A DNA stretch of 35,232 nucleotides from Chiloscyllium plagiosum. Taxonomy: Eukaryota. The notes under the pieces were generated by a model. It was not told the origin of the DNA, made no database searches, and saw only the letters and a list, made by a program, of their open reading frames with translations. Shown one piece after another: positions 33,144 to 35,232 of this stretch. The translations under genes and the position numbers were made by a program. The stretch is from assembly GCF_004010195.1 (NCBI RefSeq), contig NC_057756.1, positions 5,776,034-5,811,265 of the forward strand, written 5' to 3'. Each line of letters begins with the position of its first letter. The stretch's first letter is position 1.

Positions 33144-33929
33144 GTAATGAGATCAGTTGCTCCGACAGATTTACATTTGATAGCCTTTGTCAAAGATTAT
33201 TGAGCTCTTATTGGGAACTAATTCAGCTGTGAGCCAAAGTTCAAACTGACACCAAGTCCACTTCACCCATCACCCTGTGCTCATTGATATACACCAACTC
33301 CCAGTCTGACAACAGAGCAGCACAGAGATCTTACAGTGTACACTGCAGAGCTAGAGGAGGTTACAGAGGTAGGGAGTGGAGAAGGGAGATGATGGGATGG
33401 GAAATAAATGATCATAAAGTTGATTATCATAAAGTTGAAGCTTTGGTAACCAATGGAGATCAGTGAACAATGATCTAGTTGTGGGAGTAAGCCATGATAA
33501 AAACTAGGGAACGACGTTTACTCTGAAGCTACTTGTCCGATTACAATTTTCAGTAATTTCTGTCTTTTGCTGGGTTTTGTCAGAATTGCGATGAACTCAA
33601 CACAGCAGTTCCTAGAATAGACACTTCCTGTCCATTCTCAGTGTGCTCGAAACCTCAGTAAGGGTGCAAAGATAACTAACAGAGAGAAGGACTGCAAGGC
33701 AGTCAGTGGGAAAGGTGTCAGACATTGAGTTCCATATTTATCCTCACTGTCAGCGCATGCAGAGCTCAGCCTAGAGGCTCTTTGCTTGAGAGTTTCGGAG
33801 TGACTGCTGCGGTAGTGTCAGTGCTGAGCCTGGGGACAAGTCGGTCTCCAGTGCTGTGCTGGAATCAACAATATTGGGTTTGGATCTAAAATAATCCTGT
33901 ACACAATGAGGATCCAAAAGAGATTGTTA

Positions 33930-34535
33930 AGCGGGGGGGGGGTCATGATGACAAATTTGGTTGAAGTTTTTCGAAGAGGTCACCAGGTGTGAGGGTCGGG
34001 GCAATGGTTTTGAGGTTATCTTCTTGGACTTCAGTCAGCCTTTTGATAAGGTCAAGTATGGGGGACTGACAGCAAAGTTCCTAACCCATGTGATGTCATG
34101 AATCTTGGCAAACTGGATTCACAGTCAGCTGAGTGGCAGGAAGCAGGGGATGATGGTTGAGGGGTGTTTCCTCAGCTGGAGATCTGTGAAACTCTACAGG
34201 GGTCCATATTGGGGCCCTTGCTGTTTACGGTAACTATAAAGGATTCACACTTGGAGGGTTGGAGGGTTGGTCAGTAATTTTGCGACGCTTGTATTGGTAG
34301 GATTGAAACTTGTGAGGACGACAGGCTTGGATGACAGGAGGGTCAGATGGGCTGATCAGTGTCCAATGGAGTTCAATCCAGACAAATGTGAGGTGATGCA
34401 TTTGCATGGGACAAACAAAGCAAAGAAATACATGATGAATAATAGCACTCTGGGAAACTCTGAGGGATCTTTGAGTGCATGTACACTGATCCCTTAAGGG
34501 AACAGAGTAGGTGGGTAAAGCAGTCAAGACGGTTT
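33930..34535 (+). mobile_element. Old CR1 RT fragment
   Basis: LDFSQPFDKV, QGSILGPLLF, WADQCPMEFNPDKCEVMH. Confidence 0.78.
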
Positions 34536-34657
34536 TGGACCGATGCTGTTTTTTTCGTTACTTCTGCTTTTATTCTGTTGTCAGTTTTGGTTTGGAGCTG
34601 TAAACTGGGTGTTCTGAGATGAGAATGACTTATGCACTTTGAAAGAGCTAGGGGTAA

Positions 34658-35232
34658 GTCATAGAGACATAGAGATGTACAGCACGGAAACAGACCCTTC
34701 GTCCAACCTGTCCATACTGACCAGATAGAGTCATAGAGACATAGAGATGTACAGCACGGAAACAGACCCTTCAGTCCAACCCGTCCGTGCTGACCAGATA
34801 TCCCAACCCAATCTAGTCCCACCTGCCAGCACCCGGCCCATATCCCTCCAAACCCTTCCTATTCATATATCCATCCAAATGCCTCTTAAATGCTGTAACT
34901 GTACCAGCCTCCACCACATCCTCTGGCAGCTCATTCCATACACGTACCACCCTCTGCGTGAAAAAGTTGCCTCTTAGGTCTCTTTTATATCTTTCCCCTC
35001 TCACCCTAAACCTATGCCCTCTAGTTCTGGACTCCCCCACCCCAGGGAAAAGACCTTGTCTATTTACCCTATCCATGCCCCTCATGATTGCGTAAATCTC
35101 TATAAGGTCACCCCTCAGCCTCCGACGCTCCAGGGAAAACAGCCCCAGCCTGTTCAGCCTCTCCCTGTAGCTCAGATCCTCCAACCCTGGCAACATCTTT
35201 GTAAATCTTTTCTGAACCCTTTCAAGTTTCAC
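34658..35232 (-). mobile_element. Young CR1 (HER1-type) LINE 3' end, runs off window end; terminal ~70 bp duplicated
   Basis: Open ORF 34813-35232 (LERVQKRFTKMLPGL...FFTQRVVRVWNELP); GTCATAGAGACATAGAGATGTACAGCACGGAAACAGACCCTTC occurs twice (about 34658 and 34730). Confidence 0.93.

Noticed and set aside
33642..33657. Possible mini-exon after the leader (TTCTCAG|TGTGCTCGAAACCTCA|GTAAGG)
   Set aside because: 16 nt would shift the frame of a phase 1-1 junction; unsupported

Overview
Eukaryotic, repeat-saturated DNA, very likely from a shark or other elasmobranch (inferred from HE1-type V-SINEs with their CR1/HER1-type partner LINE tails and DeuSINE remnants), with two assembly gaps (5325-5824, 16590-17125). 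Most of the window is nested, decayed retroelements: many CR1-clade LINE pieces (one near-complete 5' part with a zinc-finger/esterase ORF1 and APE-RT ORF2 at about 6.1-10.8 kb), eight HE1 SINEs, a Rex1 LINE, two clear solo LTRs plus a probable third, and a truncated Penelope-like element (RT + GIY-YIG). Host sequence is limited to a frameshifted Siglec/MAG/CD22-like C2-set Ig exon (15191-15471) and a probable signal-peptide exon with an upstream promoter and first exon near 32.2-33.1 kb, suggesting a tandem Siglec-like receptor cluster. The most notable non-obvious signal is a set of ten minimal type I hammerhead-ribozyme cores (CUGANGA-stem II-GAAA-short palindrome-UH) in three sequence families. 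One lies in the Penelope 3' terminus. Nine lie in small (about 90-220 bp) non-coding inserts, mostly with target-site duplications, several arranged as foldbacks. Family names are assigned by recognition, not database search, and boundaries of old repeats are approximate.
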